Under the pieces are notes generated by a model. It was not told the origin of the DNA. It searched no databases and saw only the letters and a list, made by a program, of their open reading frames with translations. DNA of 64,000 bases from Strigamia acuminata (Eukaryota). Shown one piece after another: positions 35,201-46,112 of this stretch. The DNA is taken from NCBI GenBank assembly GCA_949358305.1, contig OX442314.1:9548001-9612000 (forward strand), written 5' to 3'. How positions within the stretch are numbered: position 1 is the stretch's first letter; each line of letters begins with the position of its first letter. The position numbers and the translations under genes were made by a program.

Positions 35201-36765
35201 AATCGCCGGAAAAGCGGACGAGGACCCCGTCAAAGGTGGCTAAAACGCGCCAGAAGAGAACGAAGTCGTCGCAAAGACCGACGAGTGGAGCGCAGCGAGG
35301 GAAAAGCGAGCCGGAGAAACTCGTGCCGTTGGTGACGGCTCGTCCGGGGACTCTCACGCACCATCGGCAAGTGCTGGACGCGATTCGCCATCAAAACGAG
35401 AACTTCGAAGCCGATTTCTTCTCTGCGTCGACTTTCGACGTCAGCAAAATAATCGTATAAATCTATTTGGATTTTTGGATTAAACAAAATGTTAAAATTT
35501 TGATTATTTTCCAATTACAGAATTTACCCACGAGAAGTTCCATGTCTGATTTGGAGTGTATGTCGGATTCCTCCAGTGCTATGACTCCGAACGTCCGAAT
35601 ACCGCTGCCGAAGCCGGCGTCGCGGCACCGCACGCCCGAACCTGATGATCCATTTAGCCAGCCTCTTCCCGACGAATTATTTCGAAGGTCGACATATAAA
35701 AATGCCGGGGAAAAAATTGATTTTTTAACAAAAAAAATTTAAAAACCGATTTTTTGGTCGATTTTAGTCGATTTTCTTAAGAAAAACCGAAAATAATTGA
35801 TTTTTATGTCGATTTTCTTAAGAAAAACCAAAAATAACCGATTTTTTTTGTCAATTTTAGTCGATTTTCTTGGGAAATATCTAAAATAACCTTTTTTTGG
35901 GTCGATTTTAGTCGATTTTCTTCAGAAAAACACAAAATAACCAATTTTTATGTTGTTATTAGTCGATTTTTTTAAGAAAAACCGATTAAAACCGATTTTT
36001 ATGTCAATTTTAGTCGATTTTCTTAGGAAAAACCGAAAATAACCGATTTTTATGTTGATTTTAGTCGATTTTTTTAAGAAAAACCGAAAATAACCGATTT
36101 TTATGTCGATTTTCTTAAGAAAAACCTTAAAAAACGATTATTTTAGTCGCTTTTAACTTAAAAATTGAGAAAAACATCAATTAATTTCATTAAAAACTAA
36201 AAAAAAATATTTTTTTGTCAATTTTCGCGCAAAGAATGCGACAAATCTTGTTGCAATCGGCTAAAATGGTATTTCTGCGTTTGTATATTGAATATTTTGG
36301 GTATTTTGGGTCGTGGGAGTTAATAATTAGCACCGAGTGAAGTGCTTGAGGTTTATTCGGGGTCATTTTTGCCCCTGCAGGGTGTGCTGGCTTCAGATAA
36401 CGTGATGTTTCCGCTTTTTCAGGAAAGAAGTGGATAGTTACATTCATAATCGCAGGAAGAAAGGTCAGGGGCCTCACGTGCACGAAAGGTTCAGGGTAAG
36501 ATGTCGATTTGTGTTTGCATTTGATTAAATTTAATCCGCGAGCGGTTCTTGGAAATCCTCCATTTTTCCGTGCGAAAATTTGCCCTTTCGAGTTTTGACG
36601 TTTCTCGCTCTTTCTTTGCAGAAGAAATCGACGGACGCCGCGATCAAGTGCAGAAAGGCGGCCAGTTTGGACATGCCGAAGAGCGTTCTGCAGTTCGACT
36701 CGTCGCTCGACAAGGACGATTTTCGAGACGAGGATGACGACAGCGATTTTTATTTCGAGGACTGA
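32257..36765 (+). CDS. MIS18BP1: CENP-A loading factor KNL2/M18BP1 (multi-exon)
   Basis: SANTA domain split over exons (LYKWNVV...FIEG|...WQTSRIEQRI...SGTDYRLVG|...FVEGFPVNWKKLL), CENPC-k motif RTRSGRVVFPRLAHW at about 34180, C-terminal ARPGTL...ADFFS block and acidic DEDDDSDFYF end. The start exon is tentative. Confidence 0.88.
33480..34000. repeat. AT-rich degenerate intronic repeat (TATTTATTTTGATATTTTGA-like)
   Basis: Visible low-complexity tandem units. Confidence 0.8.
35740..36160. repeat. Degenerate intronic tandem repeat (AAAATAACCGATTTTTATGTCGATTTT-like)
   Basis: About 9 imperfect units. Confidence 0.8.
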
Positions 36766-37244
36766 TCGAGCGGAACTTGTCGTTTTTGTGATAAACATTT
36801 TTAAAAAAGAAAAAATTGTTATAGTTTTGTGTTTGTTTTTATATTTTTATAGCATTTTAATGTGTGGATTTGAATTATGGCGAATTCATTTTAACAAAAG
36901 GATTTTTTTTGTGCGCGAGGAGAATAAAAAAAATAATTTTGGGATTGTGAAGAATGTCATTTTGATAAGATTTTTTGTTTTGTTTTTTTGTTTTGAGTTT
37001 TTGTTGATTGAAGGTGTGTTTAATTCGTGATGTGAGAAGTGATTGTTACCTTTTAAAAAATTGACTTTTGAATGAACGAATTTATTTGACAACAGGTGCG
37101 TTGTATTGATTAGACAATGTAAAAATCTAGAGACTTTAAAAGCTGAATTTGCATTGTGGGAAAATGGATTTTTATGGGAAATAAATTCGTTTTGAGCTAT
37201 AAAAAAATTAATTATATTTTCACTCAGAAAATTTATTTTTGTAT

Positions 37245-37920
37245 TTTTTGATGAAATTATGCATTTTCTGGTGAAATAATGCATTTTCTGGTGAAATTAT
37301 GCAATTTTCCGGTGAAATTAAGCAATTTTCTGGTGAAGTAATGCAATTTTCTGGTGAAGTAATGCAATTTTCTGGTGAAGTAATGCAATTTTCTGGTGAA
37401 GTAATGCAATTTTCTGGTGAAGTAAGGCAATTTTCTGGTGAAGTAATGCAATTTTCTGGTGAAGTAATGCAATTTTCTGGTGAAGTAATGCAATTTTCTG
37501 GTGAAGTAATGCAATTTTCTGGTGAAGTAATGCAATTTTCTGGTGAAGTAATGCAATTTTCTGGTGAAGTAAGGCAATTTTCTGGTGAAGTAATGCAATT
37601 TTCTGGTGAAGTAATGCAATTTTCTGGTGAAGTAATGCAGTTTTCTGGTGAAGTAATGCAATTTTCTGGTGAAGTAATGCAATTTTCTGGTGAAGTAATG
37701 CAATTTTCTGGTGAAGTAAGGCAATTTTCTGGTGAAGTAATGCAATTTTCTGGTGAAGTAATGCAATTTTCTGGTGAAGTAATGCAATTTTCTGGTGAAG
37801 TAATGCAATTTTCTGGTAAAGTAATGCAATTTTCTGGTGAAGTAATGCATTTTCTGGTGAAATTATGCATTTTCTGCTGAGATTATGCATTTTCTGCTAA
37901 AATTATGCATTTTCTGCCGA
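37245..37920. repeat. 21-bp satellite (TTCTGGTGAAGTAATGCAATT)n, about 32 copies
   Basis: Visible tandem array. Confidence 0.95.
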
Positions 37921-38246
37921 AATAATACATGATTTTCTAAGAATTTTGTATTTAAAATCTACATTACGAATTAAAACTAAAAGAAATCTCGTTCAGAGAT
38001 AAAATGTTCTCTGTTCAAACTGAAAAACCAATCGTCGATGAAAAACTGCTACTGAAGCGTGTAATGAAAATGACGCTAACAAAGTTGCAACTAACCGACA
38101 AGGAATGGTAAAATAAGCAAAAAGCATAACCCCTAACTAAAACAATTTTCCTAGTCAAATAAAAATCTTGGTTGTTATTGTAGGGAATTTCGTTGCTTCT
38201 CTTTGAAACTGTTCAAAAGAGCACGACTACACTTTAAAAAATTATT

Positions 38247-38318
38247 TGCCTCCTATGAGGATCGAACTCACGACCCCTGGTTTACGAAACCAGTGCTCTA
38301 CCACTGAGCTAAAGAGGC
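38247..38318 (-). tRNA. tRNA-Thr(CGT)
   Basis: GCCTCTTTAGCTCAGTGGTAGAGCACTGGTTTCGTAAACCAGGGGTCGTGAGTTCGATCCTCATAGGAGGCA folds into a cloverleaf with anticodon loop TTCGTAA; T-run terminator downstream. Confidence 0.95.
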
Positions 38319-39902
38319 ACGTATGGATTAAGCTGTACTACCAGAATGTCCTATTGGAGGGACAATTCCATGCAGGAAAGCTTACAAGTGAGTATACACA
38401 TGTAAACATGGTAACTGATAGCGTGTCAAGATTACTATATAAATTTGTTTGTACAGTGGGTAAAGAAAGCACATTACAAATGTCTTATATTTAATTTAAG
38501 GTCCTAGAAATGCACTGTTGGGACCTGAGGATACTTTCCAACATACGCACTGAAAACAAGTGAAACTTGAATAAATTTAAAATGAGATTTATTGATGTCG
38601 GTACAATAAGCGAAAGAACAATTTGGACTTTGGTCTATGTAACAAACCATTGATTACAAGTACTGTTTGTAGTTAATATACCTAGATCATTGAAAAGTTG
38701 AATGAAAAATATAGTCACAGATGTTAACTTTGAATTATACAACAGAAAGGAGTGAAGAAGAGCTTTAATGTCTTCTAAAAATCTGAAGTAAAGAAATAGG
38801 TTGAAAGAGTGAAAAAAAATTGTTGAAATAGCCAACAAGTGCAAATGTCGAGAGACCGGTAAAAATCGAGATAATTGATCCAATTTGACAAAGCAATTTG
38901 ACGATGGAAGTTTCTTTCTCTTCATTAATTACTTCTCGAATATTGCTGACAATAGTGAACTTATTTTTGGTGTACTGGTAACGCTCAATATACATTTCTC
39001 GTTCTACTGAAGAAAGGAAAATTGTTTCTTCACAGCGTGCTGGACAGGAACAGTCTTTGCGAGGATCTGTCTTGAAGTGAGCCTCCAAATACATTTTCAC
39101 AGTCTTTTCGGCTGTTTCTGTTGTCTGGCAAAAAGATAGCTTACTCTTTTTCATAAATGGCAATCTAATAGTAGCACAAGTTTTGAATGTATTTACAGTC
39201 CATCTGTGTGGTATAGATACCAATGTATTACAAACATAAGCTTACTTGCAATCGAATGGTTTAAGTTGTAGCTTGGCCTTAATACAGTTTTGTTCACATT
39301 CTGAAACTTGATCATTGTCTGCACAAGGGTTTTTTGGAGTGTTTATTCGAACCAACTAAAAAGAATAGACAAGTAAACAAACATTGTACGGCTGTGAATT
39401 CTTTTTGATACAAACATTACCGTTTTACGAGAAATATAAATTTTAACGTTAGCCATATTGGGTGTGAAAACAATGTATTTTGGGTGAAGAAATTGGTTCC
39501 GTGGTAGAATAAAGTTCTGGAACGAATGTAATCAAAATAATCAGCCAAATAAACATGAAAATCATTGCAAGATCTCACTGCTTGATTCTCATTCCATTGG
39601 TATTTGTGTTTAAAGAAATAGGGAACAATTAAATGGTTGTGATTTGGAGAATATGGTAGATCATCTGTAAACATTTAAAAATGAGAAGCATACAACGTGT
39701 TTTGTATTTACCTCTACTTTTCTTAAATTCAGTGCAGATTCCAAACACTGTTGACACAGCCGACACATTGCCATACTCCTTGTCAACAACTAAACCAAAG
39801 GCCTATAAAGACAGCTATTTGTAATACAAGTAGAACATACAGTACTAGGCATGGTGCCATCAGGATTCTTTTTTAAAGGTGCTGCACACTATGTCTAACC
39901 TA

Positions 39903-41443
39903 AGGTGCGCGCCATAAGTATAGAATAATCAGTTTTTTTGAAATATTTCTTTTTGCGCTTCATCTGGAATCAAACCAATTTTTTAATAAACGTATTTTGG
40001 CATTAGAATTCATTTAAAATAAACAGATTTATAAATTTTGAAGAAAAATAAATTTCGCAGTGATTTTACATAAAAATGGGGCTGACATTAGTATAGAATA
40101 TTTTAGGTTTGATGGCAAAAAATTGGATAAAATTAATATCACATAACATGCCTTTGTTTGATTAGTCAATCAGTGAGTATGTCATCAATTTTCTGCCATT
40201 TTTGAATTGTATTACTTGCTATTTTCTTATTTTGAAGCAATCCCTTGTGCAAAACTTGTAACCATTGTAGAAATCGCTGAAATATGGCAATTAAAGTCAC
40301 TGGGGCTCTCCAAAGAGCAGATCCATAGAAGATCAGGAAGAAATTAATCAATTATATCAAAAGTCCTAACTCAAAGATGAAAATCAAATATGGAAGCAAG
40401 ACGGGGAGGACCAAAAGTGACCATGCAGCAAGTTGACAGGAATATTTTGTGCCCAGCACTGACTCTGCTGATGTCTGCAAATGAAATTTGCACACATGTA
40501 GATGTAATTGTGTCTTTACAAACAATTCAAAGCAGACTAAACAATTGTGATCACCTTTGTTATCAAAAAACAGCTGTACAACTGTGGTTAACTGAACCCC
40601 TTAAATTGAAGTGCTCTGATTAGACTAATACTAAGCTGCCCTGGACCAAATCATGAAACTGAGTGCTTTTTACAGACAAAATACAGTTCAACTTAGATTG
40701 TCTGGACGGTTAGTGTAATAAGTGGCAAGATTTAAGGAGAGAAGAGAAGTTTTCTCAGTGGGCAGAATCATGTGATGGTTTGGGTGACATTCGGGCAAAA
40801 ATTACAGGAAAACATCATAATAATGAAAGGAAGTGTTGAACATGCATTTATAGCCATTTGAATGGAAAATTATGGCAATAAATGGGTGTTTCAGCAGGAC
40901 AATGCTCACTGCATGGTCACTTATGGTCTTCCCTGTCTGCTTTCACATTTGGATTTCATGTTTTGGTTAGAATTTTTGATGCAATTGGCTAATTTCTTTC
41001 AATTTCTTCTTAATCTTCTATCAACTTGTTGTTTGGCGAGCCACAGTGCCTTTAATTGCTTTATTTCAGCGATTTCCACAGTGGTTGCAAGTTTTGTGCA
41101 AGGGATTGCTTCAAAATAAGAAAATAGCAAGTAATACGATTCAAAAATGGCAAAAAATTGATGACATATTCACTGATTAACTAATCAGACAAAGGCAGGT
41201 TACGTAATGTTGATTTTATTCATTTTTTTGCATCAAACCGAAAATATTCTATCCTTATGTCACCCTCATTTTTATGTAAAATCACTGCCAAATTTATTTT
41301 TCTACAAAACTTATAAACCTGTTAATTTTAAATGAATTCTAATGCCAAAATACATTTATTAAAAAAATTGGTTTGATTCCAGATGAAGTGCAAAAAGAAA
41401 TATTTCAAAAAAACTGATTATTCTATACTTATGGCGCGCACCT
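39903..41443 (+). mobile_element. Degenerate Tc3-like Tc1/mariner transposon with long (>400 bp) TIRs
   Basis: TA|AGGTGCGCGCCATAAG...CTTATGGCGCGCACCT|TA; transposase remnants VLFTDKIQFNLDCLDG and WVFQQDNA broken by stops. Confidence 0.88.
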
Positions 41444-41990
41444 TAACTTAACCTAAAGGGAATGGTGCTCATCCATCACTTCTCAAGTCACTGCTTGTGT
41501 TCTAATTGGTTCAGGCATACGGGATACAACCGTTCGCCTTGCTGGCTAGAAGAACAACTTGTGGACCTCGAAGGGGCCCACCCACTTCCGGAAGGTCACT
41601 TCCAGGGCCCGACTCCACCAATCAAGGACCCGCAGCTCCACATGGTTGCGGTAGACCGCAACAGGCGCGCGAGAGATACGAGAGGCGCGAGAGCTGCTCC
41701 AAGTGCATTATCGTTGCAGTGCTGTGATCAGCCTGCATGGGCAGATGGTCACAACCGTACTTTTGCAAAAATATGGTATTCTTGGTGTCTCAGCCGCGGC
41801 TACTATTCGAGGATGGCTATAATTCGAGGGCGACTCTTAATCGGTAAAATACGGTAATTGGTAATTTTCTTGCTTACTTGGAATCTTTTATAATGACGTT
41901 TAAGATTTGAAGAGGCTTTCCATAATCTCCGTGAGTTGTTTGCATATTTAGATGACGGATGGAGTAAATAAAACAGCTTGTAATGACGAA

Positions 41991-42974
41991 TGTGGTGATC
42001 TCAAAATATTCACCAACTTAGAAGATTAAATTAATTATCTTCTAATTAATTTGACTGTGGCACACGCCAAGTCAGATCATGTGACCGAGGGGAGAAATCC
42101 TCTCTAGGCACATATCACCCCAGGTTGTCCGGGGTGAAAACGGTTATTAGCCGTTATGGTGCAATATGGTGTAATAACCACTAGTTGCACCCATTTGAGC
42201 TAAGTGCGCAGGTTTTCTGCGCAATATTGAAGCGTGCTGGGCTCGCGTCTTGGCTCAAATCGGGACTCTGAAAAATACAACAACAACCTCAACATCACTG
42301 CGATATTTGCTCCGACAATACGTATTGATAGAGGACCGTTGTAACTCAGTTTCATCTGCTATCTTTGTGTCATCCAAAGCACAAAGCCAGCAATTCAGCT
42401 TGAATTAGCCGTCGCTAATTCCAGCTATCGAGAAGAAGAAGTTTCCTGATCCAAGTGAACCATCGCCATCGTTGCCGCGCGAACGGCAACCATCGCCATC
42501 GTACCTGGACCAGACGCCTACAGCCGTCAACCACCGCCGCCGAGCCGTCGCACGAGCCGTAGAAGAAACCCACGAGAACCATCGTCTTCGACCATCGTTC
42601 GTGAGTTTGCCGAGAACGAAGACATTTGCCTTCGATCAACAACATCTCGTTGTTTAAGCGCCATTTCTGACGCTTTGTAGCTTGCAACAGTCGTTGCAAG
42701 CCCTTCCTTTGTTTCATTGTTTCCCGCTCATTTTATTCTTGCGACTTGTTGCATATCGTGATATTCATAATCATTATTAATATATATATTGTAATTTAAA
42801 CCGAATAAATAATTGTGTGATTTTTATTACCATAATAAACTGTCTTTTTATTCCTATTTTCGTAAACTTAACCCTAGACAAGTTTCGGCCGCGATATAAG
42901 TCTTGTTAAGCATTCACCTGCGGTTTCTGCTTAATTTATTAGAAATTAAGTGGATAAAAACCCGGATCGCAGCA
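41991..42974 (+). repeat. 5' LTR of element B
   Basis: Direct repeat of 53395-54378. Confidence 0.95.
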
Positions 42975-42976
42975 CG

Positions 42977-42994
42977 TGGGGGCCCGTCCGGGAT
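42977..42994 (+). other. Primer-binding site for tRNA-Pro
   Basis: TGGGGGCCCGTCCGGGAT, one mismatch to the canonical tRNA-Pro PBS TGGGGGCTCGTCCGGGAT. Confidence 0.9.
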
Positions 42995-43088
42995 AGTCAT
43001 TGTATAAATTTTGATAGTTTAAAATTTACCCGCCATTTTTATCTTGCTTATCTTTCTTCTCTATCCTTTCTTTGTCTTCATTTGAAAA

Positions 43089-46000
43089 ATGGCGACTCCA
43101 GGCGAAAAGAGACCGAGAGGCAGACCAGCGAAGAGACGAGTGGCCATCGATCTACCAGTCGTGGATCAAGAAGTGACTGAGTCACAAGAACTGTTTGAAA
43201 CTATGGATCAAACAGCTAACTGTAACTCGGCACAGTTAATCGTGAATGAATTCACGCAAGCGTTGGAGCGACAACAGCCATCCCCGCCAAGCGGCCAGTT
43301 GGACTTAAACAATCCAACTGGAAGTGGCCGTTCCAAGTCGCAAAACGATGATTTGAATTTACGAATTCAATCATCAAGTGCGGAGCACTCGCTGAATTCA
43401 TCACCGGTTCAAGGTGCAGCACAACAAGATTCTGAGAACTCCAATATGGAAGTTTCTCATTCTCCCGTGCGTGTTACCATGATGGACGCACTCCGTGAGC
43501 AAGCTAGGCTCGAGGGAGTAAAAGTCACTAGCGAAATGACTGTGGAACAAATCCACAAAGCTATGGTTCGCAAACAAAGCCAAAAAGACGTTGAAATCGT
43601 CAGAACAAGCTTGCAAGCAGAGTTCGAGCGAATGCGTGCAGAAATGCATCAGCAAAATGCCGAACTAAAACAACAACGTGCGAATGACCATGTTAAGTTG
43701 TTACAATTAGAGCAGGAAAAAGCTTCCTGGCTAATTACTGACGAAGAGCAACAACAAAGGCTCGAGCAACTAAATCAAGCACAAAAAGATTTAGAAATTG
43801 CTAATGAAAATTTGAGATTGGCCAACGCAAATTTGCGAGAAGCCAACACAAATTTAATGACTGCCGAACTAACCGCCCCAGTTCGAGCGAGGGAAGAAAT
43901 TCCCTCCACTTCTCGAAATTACGAGAATTATGCTGCAGAACAAGCAGCAAGAGCTAAGAGATTAGCACAACGAGAAAATGAAGTATTTCTCGCTCGACAG
44001 CAGTCAGTAATTGATGCTGGTCAAGCCGCCAAAAGTCAAAGTACTGCAGAGCAGTTATTACGTGCCGACTTAGCTGCGCAAGCTCGTGAAAACGAGATTC
44101 TTCGCGCAGATCTATTGACGGTACAAGAAAACTTTGCAGTAGTCGTACAAAAAGTACAAGACGTTTGTGGCGAAGATAATTTTGCAAAGCCAGCCCCAGT
44201 TTTGCAAAAAGGTGCTTCCAAATCACCTGAGTTGATTGATTTAACATCAGCTAAACCAAAAGTCAGTCGACAATCAAGTTGGACTGACAGTGATGACTCA
44301 CGCAGTAGTCGTGGAAGCCGTAACAGTCATCACAGTCGCAAAAAGCGAAAGCGACAACCAGACCCGACCGAATATCATTCCCCAAAAGTTACGCAAGATT
44401 CGGATCGATTCTTTAGCAATAGCGACCGGTTAATCGGAATGCTAGAGAAAAAGAATAAAGAACGTGAGAAACCACACGATCGTGGACGGTCACACGATAA
44501 TCCGCGAGAAGGCTCACCAAAACGAGATTGTCACAACGACATCCGTGATGGGCCGAGATACCGTGGAAATCCGCCAGGTGGTGACCCACCAGGTGGAGAT
44601 AGTTCAGATGGACATGGAGGTGGCCACTCACGTGACCACAATTCGAATGGCAATCGAAATGGAAGGGGACCACCAAATGGAGACCGTCGTCCGCCAGATG
44701 GCGACGATCCTCCGGACCCTGATCCGCCGCCAAATCCGAATCATGAATCTGCGTCAGATACAGATTCCTCACGTCCCAGTGTGAGAGGGCGATCTCGTCA
44801 CAGAACACGTAGTAGAACTCAAAGACCCGATTTCTACACGAAAGATGAGATTGACCAGTTGTTGAGGCAAAATGCTCAACAACAGCGAAAAAGCAGAAGG
44901 GATAAAATTATTTTGCAAAAAATAAGTGAATTTACTTCTGATAAATGGACTCATCAAACAACAGATGAAAAGTTCATTAGATGGGATCGAGTTATCCCAC
45001 ATGCCTATAATGGAAATTGGCAAGCAGGGTCAAACCTCTTGCTGGAAATATTCGAACTAGGCAAAGTTCACAGTTTTAGCTGTGAAGGTGCATTGGCCCA
45101 TCTAGTACCAAGAATACTAGTTGGCGGTGTCAAGGAGTGGTTTCGCAGGAAAGACTTCACGAAGTGGGATGACTTCGTTAAACAATTTATGTTTAAATTT
45201 GGTGAATCGAGCGAAGACATCAAGACGCTTTGGAGATGTCTTAAGCAACGAAAAGGCGAAAGCTTACATTCGTACATGCTAAGAGCAGAGAATCTGCTTG
45301 GCAGAATGCCACATGCTGTTACTGATGCAACAGCAGATGATCAGTTTAGAGCTGGCCTCACAGAATATAGTAAAAATATTCTGATGATGTCGGACGCTCC
45401 CGACCCGGGGAAATTCTCCGAGTTAAACGAATTCATGGAAGTCAATCAATTGCGCATTGACGAAAAGTACAAAGCTTATCTTACAGAAGCCGAAAGGTCA
45501 GCGTACTTAAAGCGAGAGAAAAGACTCGCTGAGCAAAACAATGAAACCTTTAATGGTTTGAAATTGTTGCAGCCACCTAGTTACGAAGACTTTCTAGACG
45601 AAGTGGATGAGAAGAGTTCGAAAAAAGAATCTTCCAAAAAGGACGTCAAAAATCCTCATTCAGTTCCTAAGTTACATGCAAATATAACTGGAGCTGAAAC
45701 TCCGTCGTCTGAAGCTGAAGAAGCTGAAGAGGAGGAGGAAGCAGGAGATGAGACGTTGGCTTTATTAGCCAAAGCAGCGGCGCTGTTAGCAAAAAATAAC
45801 CCCGTTGCAGGCAAATGGAAGCCAAAAATGAAACCAAAAAATGTTTCATTTGACGCATCAAAGGTGAATACCGAAAGGAATTCAAAATCACCCGCGGTGT
45901 CGCCAGAGCGCCGGTCTGACGCTCGTTCTCGTTCTGCCTCGCCAGCAGCAACGAAAAAGAAATCGCCTGCCACTGATCCATGCAATTTATGCAAAAAATT

Positions 46001-46112
46001 AGGGCATTGGCAAAAAGACTGCCCTTCCTCTAAAAAGGACAAACCAGTGTCAACAGCTGAGTTTGAAAAAGCAGTCAAGATCATAACTGACATGTTTCGA
46101 AAAAACTTGTAG
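43089..46112 (+). CDS. gag: Gag of element B (1007 aa, long coiled-coil N-terminal extension)
   Basis: KQRKGESL motif, CNLCKKLGHWQKDC zinc knuckle, and position right after the PBS. Confidence 0.95.
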   Translation: MATPGEKRPRGRPAKRRVAIDLPVVDQEVTESQELFETMDQTANCNSAQLIVNEFTQALERQQPSPPSGQLDLNNPTGSGRSKSQNDDLNLRIQSSSAEHSLNSSPVQGAAQQDSENSNMEVSHSPVRVTMMDALREQARLEGVKVTSEMTVEQIHKAMVRKQSQKDVEIVRTSLQAEFERMRAEMHQQNAELKQQRANDHVKLLQLEQEKASWLITDEEQQQRLEQLNQAQKDLEIANENLRLANANLREANTNLMTAELTAPVRAREEIPSTSRNYENYAAEQAARAKRLAQRENEVFLARQQSVIDAGQAAKSQSTAEQLLRADLAAQARENEILRADLLTVQENFAVVVQKVQDVCGEDNFAKPAPVLQKGASKSPELIDLTSAKPKVSRQSSWTDSDDSRSSRGSRNSHHSRKKRKRQPDPTEYHSPKVTQDSDRFFSNSDRLIGMLEKKNKEREKPHDRGRSHDNPREGSPKRDCHNDIRDGPRYRGNPPGGDPPGGDSSDGHGGGHSRDHNSNGNRNGRGPPNGDRRPPDGDDPPDPDPPPNPNHESASDTDSSRPSVRGRSRHRTRSRTQRPDFYTKDEIDQLLRQNAQQQRKSRRDKIILQKISEFTSDKWTHQTTDEKFIRWDRVIPHAYNGNWQAGSNLLLEIFELGKVHSFSCEGALAHLVPRILVGGVKEWFRRKDFTKWDDFVKQFMFKFGESSEDIKTLWRCLKQRKGESLHSYMLRAENLLGRMPHAVTDATADDQFRAGLTEYSKNILMMSDAPDPGKFSELNEFMEVNQLRIDEKYKAYLTEAERSAYLKREKRLAEQNNETFNGLKLLQPPSYEDFLDEVDEKSSKKESSKKDVKNPHSVPKLHANITGAETPSSEAEEAEEEEEAGDETLALLAKAAALLAKNNPVAGKWKPKMKPKNVSFDASKVNTERNSKSPAVSPERRSDARSRSASPAATKKKSPATDPCNLCKKLGHWQKDCPSSKKDKPVSTAEFEKAVKIITDMFRKNL

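Noticed and set aside
34359..35357. 332-aa minus-strand hydrophobic ORF
   Set aside because: Antisense of the Lys-rich KNL2 exon
37220..37890. ORFs with (CITSPEN)n and similar repeats; possible CRISPR-like array
   Set aside because: Stop-free 21-bp satellite with no unique spacers, in a eukaryotic context
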